Shown piece after piece: positions 12,918-26,217 of a stretch of 64,000 nt of DNA (positions within the stretch are counted from its first letter, which is position 1; every line of letters begins with the position of its first letter). The position numbers were made by a program, and so were the translations under genes. The notes under the pieces are model-generated. The model was not told the origin of the DNA and ran no database searches. It saw only the letters and a program-made list of their open reading frames with translations. Source of the stretch: Lama glama (taxonomy: Eukaryota); assembly GCA_028534125.1 (NCBI GenBank), contig CM052817.1, forward strand, positions 86,678,001-86,742,000, in the 5' to 3' direction.

Positions 12918-14819
12918 CTATAAAAGTACATAATCATGATTTGCTGTTTCCTACTCTTAAAGAGCATTAAAACTGTAGAGAAAAATATAAACTGCCTCCC
13001 AAACTTAGTTAAGAAATCTAAACAATATATGAAATTCAATAGAAATTATAAAATTGGTTTTTTAATAGATAATCAAGATCATTCTAAAGTTGAACCCTGG
13101 CATTTGAACACAGGTGTTAAAGCAATGAGAATCAAACTGCTAAAACAGGGTTTCATTCTTTTATGCACTAGACTGAAAAAAAGAAAACATCCTTTGGTAG
13201 TTCTTGGAAATGGTAGATAATCAGGTGAATATAATTGTTAGTTTAGATATTTTTAGTCTGTTGAAAAAGATACTCTTATTATAAATTCTTTAATATTTGA
13301 TCTTGATGAATTATATTATGCGACTTTATGAGCACGTATCTTTTGCTTTAACATTTCAAACAAAGTCAATACAGTTCTGCTTTGCAGGACTTCTGTGCAA
13401 TCTACAGACATCCTCATTTGCACTCAGGACTTATAGTTACATGGCAACACTAGCTATTTGATGAGTACTTGCTTGGACAGCTACTGGTTAAGTCAGGCAT
13501 CACTGCACATCATAATGCAATTTTACCTTCAATAAAAAGTTAATATTTTTACATTTCTAAATTTCTTTATTTCATTTACTGAGTTTCCCAATTCTGCCTA
13601 CTGTTTTATTTAACAACTTAATAAAACTTGTGAGGTTTTTCCTTTGGATAGGCTTTAGGGAATAATTTCTTTATTCCATTTCCTAAGGAAGAGTTTTATT
13701 ATCCAATAAGAATTATTGCTAACTTGCATTCATTCTTCAGGGAAAGAGCATACAGCCTGGTTTAATATAGAATTTAATTATTGTTAACATTAATATATGA
13801 TGACCACTAAGAGAATAAATCATTGCAGGAAAAAAAAAAAAGAAAAGAAAAAAGGATACTTCCTTTACCTTAAAGTGAAGTGATAGGATGCTGAGAGTTG
13901 CTGCCCAGGTAAAGTTACTGTACTTACATTGTTCCTTTTCTTTTTTTCCTTTTTAATCCCCTTTGGGTGATGCCCATTTTTTTTTCACCTGTCCTCCCTT
14001 GTTCTGGTGCTACCTTATTATTTCCTAGACCACTTTCTCCATTCCTTTCCTTACACCTTGAAAATATGCCTCTGAGAATTCAAACTCTAGTTTGATGGAG
14101 CATTTAGGTCACTATTCTAAGTTATATTGAATTTAATCATGGGGTCACTTGAACCAAGTAGCTTTGCTGTTTCTAATCTACTAAGTGCACATTTTCTCTG
14201 AGATTGGATAGGACCAGTCCTATCAGGATTTCTGACACAGAAGGTCAGTAATTCTTTATTTCATCCAGAATTTTATATTTTATTGTTCTACACCACTCAA
14301 AAGTTTCAGAGTTTTTGTGGAGAAAATGAAATATTCTATTGCTAAACTAGATTGCCATTTTTTGTCTTCTTTATGTTATCATGGGATTTATTATTTTTTT
14401 GCCTCAATTTCAAGTTTTTCACTTGGTAACCTATCTTTTATCTTTTTATCTCTAACTTGTATCTATAATATGACACATATAATGCACTTTCATTTCCACA
14501 CAGCTGTATTTATTCATTTGAAAAATTCTAATTTAATTAAATTGAAATGGGTTTTAATAAAGACGGTAGGATTATAAACAATTTACTTAATGTGCTTTTT
14601 AATATCTTTTTGATGTTTTAAAAGTAATTAGCAATGCCATTCTATATGATATTTTGAGTAATTCTATGGAAATATTAAGAAAACATGTAAAACCGATCCA
14701 TCATAAATTCTTTTTTAAAATTATATATTGGGAAATTAAAAGTAGTCAATTTCTAAAATATACCTTGAAACAAATGCAGAAGCGTTTGTTACTTTTAATT
14801 GGAAAAAGAGTCTTCGCAG

Positions 14820-15100
14820 TAAAAGCTAGGAAGGCAAAATCCCATGTTTTAGACCAGGCTGAGCCACTATTTTCTGTGACACTGGGCAAATTGTTAGGCT
14901 TAGTCATATTTAATGATATATGCAGAGCACTGTATAACTTACAAACCCTTGCAAACATTGCATTAGATCTTCACAAAACACTAGTTAAGAAAGAACAAAC
15001 TGAGATTTAAGATGTTAAATAATACAGAAAAACATTATAAAACATTTTATTAGCAAAATATTCAGTAGAACTTAGGTCTGGCATCCTTATGCCATGTATT
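14820..15100. mobile_element. MIR fragments
   Basis: ctgtgacactgggcaaattg; aaactgagatttaagatgttaaataa; gaacttaggtctggc. Confidence 0.5.
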
Positions 15101-15299
15101 TTCAATTATAGAATGCTGCTTCGTTCAAATCAAGACAGTGACTCTATTTCCAAACATAGAAAATTGTATGCTATTAACAAAAAACAACCAACTACCTCAT
15201 GGTGTTCTTATGTGACAAATGTCAAATTGACTTTACAATTATAGAACACTGTCTAACTTTTCAGATTTTATTTTTAATGTGGTTGATATTTTTAAAAGC

Positions 15300-17330
15300 A
15301 AGTTGTCCAAATACACCAATGAAAGACAGTTATTGTCAAAGCAGATTAAACAAATACCAAACTACATGCCATCCACAAGCAATTTGCTTCAGATATAATG
15401 GAATGGGTAAGCTGATAGTAAAGGGGTAGGGAAATATATAAGCATTGATCAAAGGAAAATAAGAGTGGCTATAGTAATATCAGGTAAAGGAGAAACAGAG
15501 CAAATAAAGTACCAGAGACAGAAATGGATAATATATAATGATGTGATGGTAAAGCCATGAAAAAGTCATGGAAATCTGAAATGAATATACACCAAACAAC
15601 AGCCACAGAATATGTGAAGCAAATACTGATTGAACTGAAAGAAGAAAGGGACAAATATGTAATTATAATTGTAGACATCAGCACCCTTCTCTAAATAGTT
15701 AATAAAACAACTAGACAGAAATTCAACGAGGATATGTGAGAACTCAACACTGTCATAAAAAAGTGGATCCAATTGATATGGATAGAATATTTCAACTGCC
15801 TATGACACATGTACCAAGACAGACCATATTGTGGACCATAAAACAAATCTCAACAAATATAAAAACAAAATTAAATAAAATCATGTGGCGTGTGTTGTCC
15901 AACCACCACAGAAACAAAGAAATCTGCTATTACAGATAACAAGGAAATACCCAAATACATAGGCTTTAAATAATACATTTCTAGTTAGCTTACAGGTCAA
16001 AGAGAAAGTCTCAGGAATATCAAATTATCCACTGAACTGAATAAAAACGAAAATGCAACAGAATAAATCTGTGAAACAAAGCTTAACAAATGCTGACAGG
16101 AAAATGTACAGCACTAAACGCTTACATTAGAAAAAAAATCAAATCAATAATTGAAGCTCCCACATCAAGAGCCTAGCAAAAGAAGAACAAAATAAGCCCA
16201 AATCGAGTAGAAAGAAGGAAAAATCAAAGAGTAGAAATCACTGAAATTTAAAATAGAAATACAATAGGTAAAATCAAGAAAAGAGAGTTTTATATATATA
16301 TATATTTTTTCTGTATTTAAAGCCTCTGTGGACTCAGTATTTCATTTTTATTTTTTTAAACTGAGATAATTGACATATAACAAGCATTTCAAATGTACAA
16401 CATAGTAACTTGATATTTTCTGGACCCTCCATTTTATACTCAGTAGAGCAATTAACATGCTTTAATTTCTGGTCCTTAGAGAGTTACACTTTTTAAAAGA
16501 TTAACAAAATTGAGAAACCTCTAGCAAGACTGACAAAAAAAGAGAAGACCAATTCCCACTATTAGGAAAGAAACCAGGGTATCACAACATATCCTGCATA
16601 CATGACAACCAGAAAAAAACGACACATACATGAATTTGATAAATCAGACAAAATGGGGTAATTCATTGAACACCAACTATCACAATTCACTCCGTAAGAA
16701 ATGGATACAATAAGTAGTCCCACTACTTTTAAGCAAATTGAGTTTTAAGTTAAGATACTCCAAACAAATCAGGAGGCCCATGTGGTTTTGCAGGAGACCA
16801 TGAACAAACATTCAAAGAAGAATTAACATCAATTCTGCAGAAGCTCTTTCAGAAAATTGATGAGGAGGAAATGCTTCCCTCTTTATATTATGATGCTAAC
16901 ATGACCCTGTTATCAAAACCAGATAAAGCCACTACAAAAATCAAGTAAAAATCCCTTAAAATAAAGTAGCAATCAATAGTAAATACTTTAAATATTCAAA
17001 TATTTGGAAGTTTAAAAACAGATTTCTAAAAACTGTCTCTAGTGTTTCTTTGTGATGTTGTAGGCAGAAAATTCTAAGAAATCCTTCAAAATTTACAATA
17101 ATGATACTAAAAATAATAAGAGCATTTTACAATTGTATAAGACATGTGGTTATTAAAGAAAAGTCAACGGTAGTCCATAACTAAAAATAAACACTTTGAG
17201 AATGAAATAAAAACATTTATAACAGCATCATAAAATATAACATTTATATAAATAAATTTAATGAAAGATAAACAAGTCCTCTCCACTGAACACAAAAGTT
17301 TCTAATAGAATAAAGCAGACATTTACCATA
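15300..17330 (+). mobile_element. Old L1 ORF2 remnant (endonuclease through RT region), degenerate
   Basis: agagtggctatagtaatatcaggtaaa, aacaaaattgagaaacctctagcaagactgac, ctctttcagaaaattgatgaggaggaaatgcttccc. Confidence 0.85.
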
Positions 17331-17619
17331 TGATTTGGTCATTTCGGCCCCATATATTTACCTGAGAAATATGAAACAAAACAAAAACAACCACCCTCAC
17401 CATCACAAAAACAAAACAAAAAGACATTCTCAAATACAAAAGGAATCAAGTTCATACCAGCAGCCATATGACTTCCCACAAATTTTACTGGGAGATGTAA
17501 ACCAGAAACAAGAAATTAATTAAAATAAAATTTTGTGATAAGAAAACTGTAGGGGAACAGACAGTTGATGGCCACTGAATCAGTTTAACATATAACTGAG
17601 AGTGCAGAACTAAATATTT

Positions 17620-20600
17620 TAGGCACAAAACACCATCTGAGTCTTAAAATATATAAAAAAAAAACTCGCTCTAAAAGATTAACACTTTGGTTAACTCTTT
17701 TTACATTTTAAAAGTGAATATTTTATATGATTATATTATGGAAAATGAAAACTGAATGGACATTTTTGGAGAAAATAAAATATTCAACCCCAATCTAACT
17801 CTTTTCCAACCCTTTACTTTCCATTATATGCTTTGCTCCAGGGTTTACTCTATACATTTTAATTCATTACAATCTAGTTCAGATTCATATTCATTTGATT
17901 ACAGTGAAATATAGAAATGTTATTCCTATATAACCCTGTTTCCTATTCTCCATTCAGTGCTTTGAGTCTATATATCACATATATACTTATGTTAGATATT
18001 AAATTATATATAGGTTTTCTATGTACATATACATTAGTATATGTACACATGTATATAAATACATGTACACAAAATTACATAGAAATATGCATTACATATA
18101 TGTTACAGTTCCTACAATATATATTGAATTTTTATTTCATGTATTTTTATGTCTGTTCAAGAAATTGAGAAAAGAAAGGAAATTAAGTATATATGAACTC
18201 TGTTGTGTTTATCTTATTTATCACTTCTGGTTCTGTTTATTTGTTCCTGTGGGTTCAAAATACCATCCAGTGTCATTTCTTTACTCCATTTACAACTCTG
18301 CTCCCACTAACTTCCTTTGTGAGCTTATTATCAAATAAATGACCTTTCTTTATGTCATAGAAAAAACAAATATAATTTAACATATGTGTATAAAACTCCT
18401 GTTTAAATAAGCTAAGAAAAGGAAGAACAAAAAACGCATTTGTACTGTCTTTATCATTATAGAATTACCTTTATGACTGTTCTTTGATTTTTAGGTAGAT
18501 TTGAATTCCATCTGGATATACTTGCTAATAGCCTGGAGAACTTCTTTCAGTGCTTTTTGTAAGGCAGGAATGACAGGACCAGATTCTCTCAGTTTGTGTT
18601 TATCTGTGAATGTATTTATTTTGCATTCATCTTTGAAAAGTATTTTGCTGTATATAAGCTTTTTGGTTGACATTTGTTCTTTCTGCATGTTACGTCTCCC
18701 CACTGACTTCTGGCCTCTGTTGTTTCCCATGAGAAGTCAGGTTTCAATCTTCCTGGGCTTTCCTCATTCATGATGAGCCATTTTTCTCTTGCTATTTTCA
18801 TAATTTTCTTTTTGCTCTTGGCTTTTGGCAATTTTACTATAATATGTTGGAGTGTGAGTGATTTGCATTTATCCTACTTGGAGATCACTGAGCTTACTGG
18901 ATATGTAAATTAATGTATTTTATCAGCCATTATTTCTTCTAATATCTGCTTTTGATCTTTCTCCTCCTTCCCTCCTTCTGGTACACCCATCATGTGTATA
19001 TCCCTGCACTTAAAAATGTCCCTCATTTCTTCAAGGCCTGCTTATTTTCCTTCATTCTATTTTCTCTCTGTTTTTCAGGTTGCATATTTTCAATTGATCT
19101 ATCTCCCAATTTATATATTCTTTCTTCTGGCTTTTCAAGTCTACTGTTATCCCCTTTAATTAATTTTCAAGTCAATTACTGTACTTTTTACTCCAGAATT
19201 TCCATTTCGGTATTCCAATTGAACACCTTTATGATAGCTAACTTGAAATCTTTGTTAAATCTGACATCTGGTCCCTCTTACTGGCCAAGTCTTTTGCTTG
19301 TTGTTGTTTGTTCATTTTTCCTGTAATGGGTCACACTGATATTTCTTTGCATGTCTCATAATTTTTGTTATGGCTGTAAAAAACTGGGCATTTTTGGTAA
19401 TATAGCAACTCTGGATAGTGATTTTCCTCTGCCATTCTCTGAGGTTTGTTTATGTTGTTTATTTGTTTTGTGACTTAGCTAGGCTATGTTACTGCAGTCT
19501 GTTTCCCTTGTCTATGACGCCTTTGATGTGGCTTCTTGGAGAAAGCAGTGTTGGGTGTGCTGTGACCACCCTGAGATGACAGTGATTTAAGCAGGGCAGT
19601 ATTTCTCTTTCTCTTTTTCTGATCTCTCTGGTAAACTGCCTGCTTTATTTGGTATTATACACCTGCTCCTTAAGCTCTACTAATCACCGCTGATTTCTTT
19701 ATTGACAATGCCATAGGAGATAAAAAATGTTCAGTAGTCTGATCAAACTGTGTTTTGGCACGAGTGGTTTTTGAGGCCAGGTTTTGAGGTTTTAAATCCA
19801 GGAGGGCTCTTTGCTGTCTCTTTCTCTGGCTTTCAGCAGTGAGCTCAATGGCCTATGGTTTAGTGTGTTGTTCTTAATTAAAAGGAACTCTTGTTTCAAG
19901 AGTGCTCTTAGGCTAAACTTTTCACACTCTGTTTACAAATAAAGTTAGTCCCTTGGGGAGAGCTTCAGAGCTCTCTTTTTTTATGCATAGCTTCCTAGGC
20001 AAACTATCTGAGCCTCTGTTCTGGGTTTGGAGTCAGGAGGAACTTCTGTTCTTCATGGCTTTCCTCTCCTTGCTTCTCCAGTCTGGCCCGCCTACTCCAT
20101 GCATGACCTAAGAAGAGAGCATCTGAGGCCCCAATATCTTCGGCCTGCTGTGCCTGGAGTAGGGACTCTGTCCTAAGAGGAGGGGGCTGCCGGAATATGG
20201 GAGCCCCAACCTCTGAGCTATACCTACCAAGAATTCAGCCTCTTCAATGTTGACTTGGAAGGGATGAGAACTGCTGGTGGTCTGGCCCTCTCGGAGAGAT
20301 ACAGTAAGCCTGGACTGGAGCATGAGAAGACAGCAAAGGCTGTATTCATCTTTTTAGATATTTTCACCCAGTGTGAAACTTCCAACTAGCTGAGCTATGG
20401 AAAGGGAGGAGGGGGCAGAAGAAAATGGGTGGTGGCTCAAACGTCAAAATCTCACCGATCTTACTGAGTTTTAGTAGATTATCCTAGAGAAACATGTCTT
20501 CACTTATTCTATGCCCTTAGGGCAATTTCCTGAGCTGCAGAATAGTTGAGGGTTTTTTTTTTTTTTTCTGCCTTTTGGTTTTGTTTCAATAGGTTTTTTT

Positions 20601-20680
20601 TTTCCTCCCCACTTTGCTTGTTTTGCTGGGGAATGAGTCTGCTGAGCTGCTAATTCTGTCATCCTGGAAATGGAATTCAA
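17620..20680 (-). mobile_element. Old L1 (L1M) 5' half: 5'UTR, ORF1 remnant and inter-ORF
   Basis: Minus ORFs 18491-18831 give ORF1p C-terminal-like peptides (KILFKDECKINTFTDKHKLRE...PALQKALKEVLQA; KKKIMKIAREK; DFSWETTEARSQW). Confidence 0.85.
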
Positions 20681-20750
20681 CTTACAAAACCTTTTTTTCC
20701 TCTCAATGCATGACAAAAGCGAAACTCAAAACAACAACAGTCTATATTAA

Positions 20751-20778
20751 CTGCAAAATGATCTAGCAGAGGGAGCGC
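20751..20778 (+). promoter_or_regulatory. Possible CTCF site
   Basis: ctagcagagggagcg resembles the CTCF core CCAGCAGAGGGCGC (2 mismatches), with an upstream ctgca motif. Confidence 0.3.
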
Positions 20779-21009
20779 CACACATTTTCAAAGCCTATAA
20801 ATGCATTTTCAGCAAGAGCACCATTGTCATGGTCAGCCTTGAAAATTGCTCCTTAATAAAACAGGATGGCTTCCTACCCTGACTGCACTCGATTTTTTAT
20901 TCACTACATAGCATTTCTGCATATTCTAAAGTGCATACACTCCTTTAGCCCTAGTTTGCCAGAATGCTTTGTCTGTTATTCTCAATTAATTGAATCCAGC
21001 TCTACATAC

Positions 21010-21059
21010 ATTTCTACTTGGCCTTCTACATTGAAAACACTGTCATATAGGTAAGTTTC
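21010..21059 (-). CDS. Core exon of the uncharacterised small-exon gene, 50 nt, phase 0->2: ETYLYDSVFNVEGQVE
   Basis: Acceptor ataactctttttaaaacccag|, donor AAT|gtatgt. Only phase 0 is open, and it matches both neighbours. Confidence 0.6.
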
Positions 21060-21659
21060 CTGGGTTTTAAAAAGAGTTATAAACATTAATAAGTAACTTG
21101 ATGATATAGCTCTGAAGATGTCTCAGTACATATGTGAACAGTTAAGAAGAACAAGTCTTGTCTTCAAAATGTTTATAAATAAATTAATAAAATGTAAAAA
21201 ACAAAAATGTTTTTTGAATAATGTGAAAACAAGTGAACTCATAGAGAAAAAAATTAAAAAAGCCCTGGCTAGGATCTTATTAAAAACTAGAACACATAAA
21301 CAGTATAAATTTTATTACATAAAAACATCTAAAAATTGTTCAACAAATAATACTCCATATACAATTTCAATAAAATCATCTGAGAAAAAAGATATATAAT
21401 TCAGTCAGTGGTTCAGTCATCCTACTAAATCAAATAGCCAGTGGAAATTTGAGGAATTCTAATTTAGAAATGGATGCAGATCAAGTGTAAACTTCATAGA
21501 GGTATTGTTAATTCAGTAAAGCTGCCAACAACCAGGAATCTCCTACCCAAGTATGGATCTTAGAGTCCATCTGTGGAGACAAAGAGGTCTCAGACCAAAT
21601 GCTTAACTAGCCAGCTACTTGAGGGATTACAGCCTTCCTTCTCCTGACTGTCGATTCAT

Positions 21660-22590
21660 ATAGCACACATACACCTTTTTACTGTCTGTCTTTTTAGTTG
21701 GTATATTTAGACCTCTGATGTTTAAAATGATATAATTGCATTAATATCTACCTGTCTTAGTCCATTTAGGTTGCCATGTCAAAAGTACCATACACTGAGT
21801 GGCTTAAACAACAAACATGTCTTTCTCACAGCTCTGGAAACTAAGAAGTCCAAAATCAAGTGCCAGAGATTCAGTGCTTTGTGACAGCCTGCTTCCTGTC
21901 CTCTCACTGTGACCTCACAGTAGGAATGGGCTAAGGGAGCTCTTGGGGCTTCCTTTTTTAAGGGATTTTTTAAGCCATTCATGAGGGCCACATCCTCATG
22001 AGCTAATCACCTCTCAGGGACCTCCCTCTCCATATATCCTCACACTGAGGATTAGATTTCAACATAAGAATCCGGGGAAGACAGGAATATTCAGCCTATA
22101 GTTCCACCACATTTGGTACTGTTTTCTATTCATTGCCCTTGCTCTTTATTCCTTTTTTTGTCTTCCACCTTTGTCTGCCTTTTGTGCATTTTATATGATT
22201 CCGTTTTCTCTTCTGTCTTAGCGTTTCAGTTACGCATTTTTTTTCAGCATTTTTTAGGGATTGACTTGAAACATTCAATGTGCATTTACAACTAATCCAA
22301 GTCCAATTTGAAATAACACTACACCACTTCACAGGTACTGCAAGTACTTCTAAGAACAAAATAATCCTACTTCCTACCTCCTATCTCTGAATCATTGCTG
22401 TTACTCATTTCACCTATACATAAACACGCATAAGCAGTACGCACACACATAACTGAATAAATATATTGTTGCCATTCTTATTTTGAACAGTTATCTGTTA
22501 GATCAATTCAGAATAAGAAAAACAACATTTTAATTTTACCTTTACTTATTCCTTCTCTAATGCCTTTTCTTTCTTTTTTTAGCCCTGAGT
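21660..22590 (-). mobile_element. Old L1 inter-ORF fragment interrupted by an MLT1 LTR
   Basis: gtatatttagacctctgatgtttaaaatg...ttaatatctacc[LTR]acatttggtactgttttctatt...tccaagtccaatttgaaataacact. Confidence 0.75.
21753..22103. mobile_element. MLT1A-like solo LTR (ERVL-MaLR)
   Basis: Begins tgtcttagtccatttaggttgcc...gtggcttaaacaaca and ends tttcaacataagaat...attcagcctatagtt. Probable 5-bp TSD ctacc/ccacc. Confidence 0.85.
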
Positions 22591-22769
22591 GTCTGTCAGG
22601 TGCTGCCTATATGATCCAAATACAAACAACAGCGAGCAGAATAGGAGTAACCATACTATGCTGCAAATACCGGTAGTTACTGCTCCACATGCACCACTAC
22701 TACTAGTAGTAGTAATCATAAGCAATGGTTGTAACTGTACTTCAATTAAAAAATAGTTACAAATATATC

Positions 22770-22950
22770 CTGCTTGCTCATCATGGTCCTAGGACCTTAG
22801 ACATTCTAGCTTACTTTACTCTGCAATGATCTTGGGAACAAATATATGTATATATATGCATGCTTGAGGAACCAAAGGCATGGGGAGGGTGTTTAACTGG
22901 TCCAAAGTCACTCAGAAGATAAGTAATGGAGCTGAAACAAAGCAAAAGTG
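22770..22950. mobile_element. MIR
   Basis: gaggaaccaaaggcatggggagggtgtttaactggtccaaagtcactcag...taagtaatggagctg. Confidence 0.65.
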
Positions 22951-24442
22951 ACTATGCATAATTACTTTTTAAAAGGCAACTCTCCTCAACTGAGTCGAAG
23001 CTCAGTTAGGATGAGGAAAGATTGTTTTATCTGGCCAGCAGATCCACAGCATTGGTGTCTGGTACTTACCATGAGTTCAGTACATACTGAGGTAAAGAAT
23101 GAACAAATGAATAAACTGCATCACACATGCTTGTGTCTAACTCTGTTATTTTTCATTATTTTCTCAAGATAAGCACTTACAGAAAAAAAATTAAGGTATT
23201 TTCTGTGTTACCAACAACATATGAGTGTAAAACAAATTTACATTGCCGTAAGAAACATTTAAGAATGTTTCTGTGCCGACGTAATAAGCCACAGTGGTTC
23301 TTAAGCATATACCAAATTTTGCCATTTTGAAAAGCAGGGTGTATAATTTAATATTTATTACTAAAATTTTATTTATAATACTAATGTTTCATTTGTAAAC
23401 ATTATAAACATTGGCCATGTCTATTTATTTTTCTGTGAATGTCTGCTTATTTTTTTTATAGAAAATCATTTATGTGATTAAAGAAATTAATCTCATATTA
23501 AAGTATTTGTGATTTGCCACTTCTTTCTTGAATATACCAGTAATAATTCTACTTACATGTCTTAATTCAAACCAGTCTTATTAAAATCAGCTTTTTTTCA
23601 TTCTAATAATTGTTTTAACAAGGCTAAAATGCTGCGGCAATTTTATAAAACTCATTGGTTTCCTCTGACGTATATAAAAGGAAAAAAATTCTAACTATTA
23701 ATTAGACAGCTATAATGAACCCAATGAAGCACTGGGACAGTATAAAAAAAACCCTGAGAGAATAAAAAAGAACACCAAAATTTGTTTTAATCCATATAAG
23801 GAGAAAGCTTTGGTAGTACTAAACAAACAAAAAACAAAGATTCACAGCACTGGGGGAAAAAATAAGATCTAACATAGGGTTTCACTATTCTTGCCATTAT
23901 TAGTCTTTTTCTCACAGAGAAATTTTGAATAAAATGTCTTAACTACGTATTGCTGCCAATAAAATTGACAAGATAGTTACAGAGAAGCTTTCAAATCCAT
24001 TGCAAAAGCAATTCATATTCCATCTACCCACATGTACAGGTAAAGAACAGCACTGGGATTTAGCTGCTTCTAAGTAGTCTTAGAATGAATTTCACCAACA
24101 TTGATTTAGTCAGTACAGTAAAAATATGCTCTTTATTATTTTTTTTCCAAAAGTAGTGCATGCTTTATATCATGGCAGGAATGAAAAAGAAAAAAAAAAA
24201 AAGGTGTACTCTTCTACAGAACTCCTTTGGTGTTATATGTGAATTTAAAAAAACCAATCCCAATCTAATAGTATACAGTTAGCCCACTAATCTTGATATA
24301 CACTGTTAACATTTATAAAATTCATGATTTAAAGTTAGAAAAACAGGAACCCAGGATCTCTCACTGCTACGAAGAGCACTTTTTCTTTTTTGACTATTTC
24401 TGTTTTCTTGGAAGAAGTTTAAAGGACTTCATGCACATGTAC

Positions 24443-24525
24443 CTGCAGTTTCATTCGAGACATACGGTAAAGGATGTCTTGCAATGGCTCCCACCTCACC
24501 CTGGAGAATGAGGTCAAATCTGTTC
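24443..24525 (-). CDS. Core exon of the uncharacterised small-exon gene, 83 nt, phase 1->0: (R)TDLTSFSRVRWEPLQDILYRMSRMKLQ
   Basis: Acceptor acacttcttacctatag|, donor CAG|gtacat. GC-richer island with two CpGs in AT-rich flanks. The phase-1 frame joins both neighbours. Confidence 0.6.
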
Positions 24526-24867
24526 CTATAGGTAAGAAGTGTTCATTCAGTCTTTATTTCTAACAGGAAATTGTGGGTTGACCCATCTTAACTATAAGTT
24601 AATCGAGCTAGTAAAAGATGCTGGGGGAAAGGGAAGTGAAAGGTGGTAAAGGACTGGAAGGTGGACCATCTGTTTTATATAGAAGTGAAATCCATTTCGT
24701 AGTTTAGCCTGTGGTGTGTAGTGATTTATAAGGAACTTAGATAACGAGGATGATTGAAATGGATACAAATGCATACATTAAACCTGCTTTAATATTCCAC
24801 ATATATTTATATTTTATAATTTATAATGTATAAATTATTATAATTATAATATTAGAAATATAATTTC

Positions 24868-25328
24868 TATATCCATCAGTATTCTCCAGAAAAACACAAT
24901 CAATAGGCTACATGTGCATATATTGAGTTATTTTAAAATACATTATTTTAAGAATTGGCTCATCTGATTGTGGGGCTGGCAAATCTGAAATTCATAGGAC
25001 AAGCCAGAAGGATGGAAAGTCAGACAAGGGTTGATATTGTAGTTGTGAGTCTGCAATCTGTAGATTAGGCAGGAAGGTTGGAAAATCAGGCAAGAATTCT
25101 ATAGCACAGTTGTAAGACAGAATTCCTTCTTAGAGAAACCTCAGTTTTTGTGCTTAAGTCCTTCAACTGATTGGATGGGGCTCACCTACATTATCAAGGA
25201 TGCTCTCTTTTCTTTAAAGTAAGTTGGCTGTAGATGTTAATTCCATCTGTAAAATATCATCACATCTAGTGTTTAGCCAAACACAACCAGGCACCATAAC
25301 CTAGCAACGTTGACATGTAATCATTACA
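24868..25328. mobile_element. MLT2-type solo LTR (ERVL)
   Basis: ttctccagaaaaacacaatcaatagg...aagaattggctcatctgattgtggggctggcaaatctgaaat...gttgacatgtaatcattaca. Confidence 0.85.
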
Positions 25329-26163
25329 ACTTCAGTATGTGATAACTCACATCTAGATTTGTATAAAGCAGCAAGTATGTAGTGAATATAATAACTTATT
25401 AAGCATTATATATTTTAGGTATGTTTTAATGTTTGAAAATGTATAAGGCAAATAAACAGAAGGATCTGAGCTATCCAATAATTGGAAAATAATGAATTAA
25501 AAGGGAGAAAAAATTTCAGTAGATTAAGTATTCAGAGTGCAGGTATAAATAATATTTTTAAACTGATGTTTTCTCAGACTACAATACCGCTTTCAGTTGA
25601 GAAGCCATAAAACAATTTGAAAAACGTGAATATAAATCAATAAAGAGGATCTAATGAGCTTAATAGTTATAATAATTAATAAAACTGAAAGGAACACATA
25701 AAGTGAAGGATATAAATGTTTCCCATGGAGAATATGCTTAAAATCCAAATAATCAATGGACCAAATATTTAGTTTTTTTTTAATTAAATATTTACTAACC
25801 TAAGTTTGCAAAAACCAAGAAGCACAAAAGGGAGAATCAATTATTGAAAAGAGACTGAAAATAATATATTTTTACTTTGAATAAACAGATTGATCAAAAT
25901 AATTAATATTAAGTTTATTCCATTATATCTCATTTTTTATTGTTATAACTTACATTTCTATCTTAAATTCTCAGGAGATCTGATTTTATTTTAGAAGTTT
26001 TCAAAAGGTTCTCAACCTAAGCCACATTTCAAATGGAACTGATTAAGAGAATACAACAATATTTTACATAACTCAGGGGTCATCTTGTACACTTCCCAGT
26101 GGAAAAACTGTGTGCTGGAAAAACAAGAATGTTTTCAATAGAAACACAGCAGATTCCACTTAC

Positions 26164-26217
26164 TTTTCCAATTGACTTCATTTATGAGAAAACCTTTAAA
26201 AACCTGAGACATTTGAG
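26164..26217 (-). CDS. Core exon of the uncharacterised small-exon gene, 54 nt, phase 1->1: (A)QMSQVFKGFLINEVNWK; contains a possible start ATG
   Basis: Acceptor tctctttctcattgctatgggtatttcatag|, consensus donor AAA|gtaagt. Only one frame is open, and it ends in phase 1 as the next exon requires. Confidence 0.6.

Noticed and set aside
13869..13900. 32-nt minus exon candidate QLSASYHFTL (phase 0->2)
   Set aside because: Weak acceptor (tttacctgggcag), and exon 21059-21010 fills the same phase slot with better signals. Including both would break the frame.
22696..22713. Perfect 18-bp palindrome actactactagtagtagt
   Set aside because: Explained by head-to-head (ACT)n/(AGT)n microsatellite slippage.
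23664..23680. tgacgtatataaaag (CRE half-site plus TATA)
   Set aside because: The motifs overlap, there is no downstream exon structure, and this is expected by chance in AT-rich sequence.
9603..24525. Resemblance of the peptide to acylphosphatase-like, macro or STAS domains (VFNVEGQVEILF...LDDFL)
   Set aside because: Only short generic amphipathic patterns, without catalytic motifs. Cannot be supported without a profile search.
24415..24531. Plus-strand exon ending in AG|gtaaga (MSCNGSHLTLENEVKSVPI); similar plus donor at 21051
   Set aside because: Both overlap minus-strand exons that chain in frame with others, and I found no coherent plus-strand chain. An antisense transcript is not excluded.
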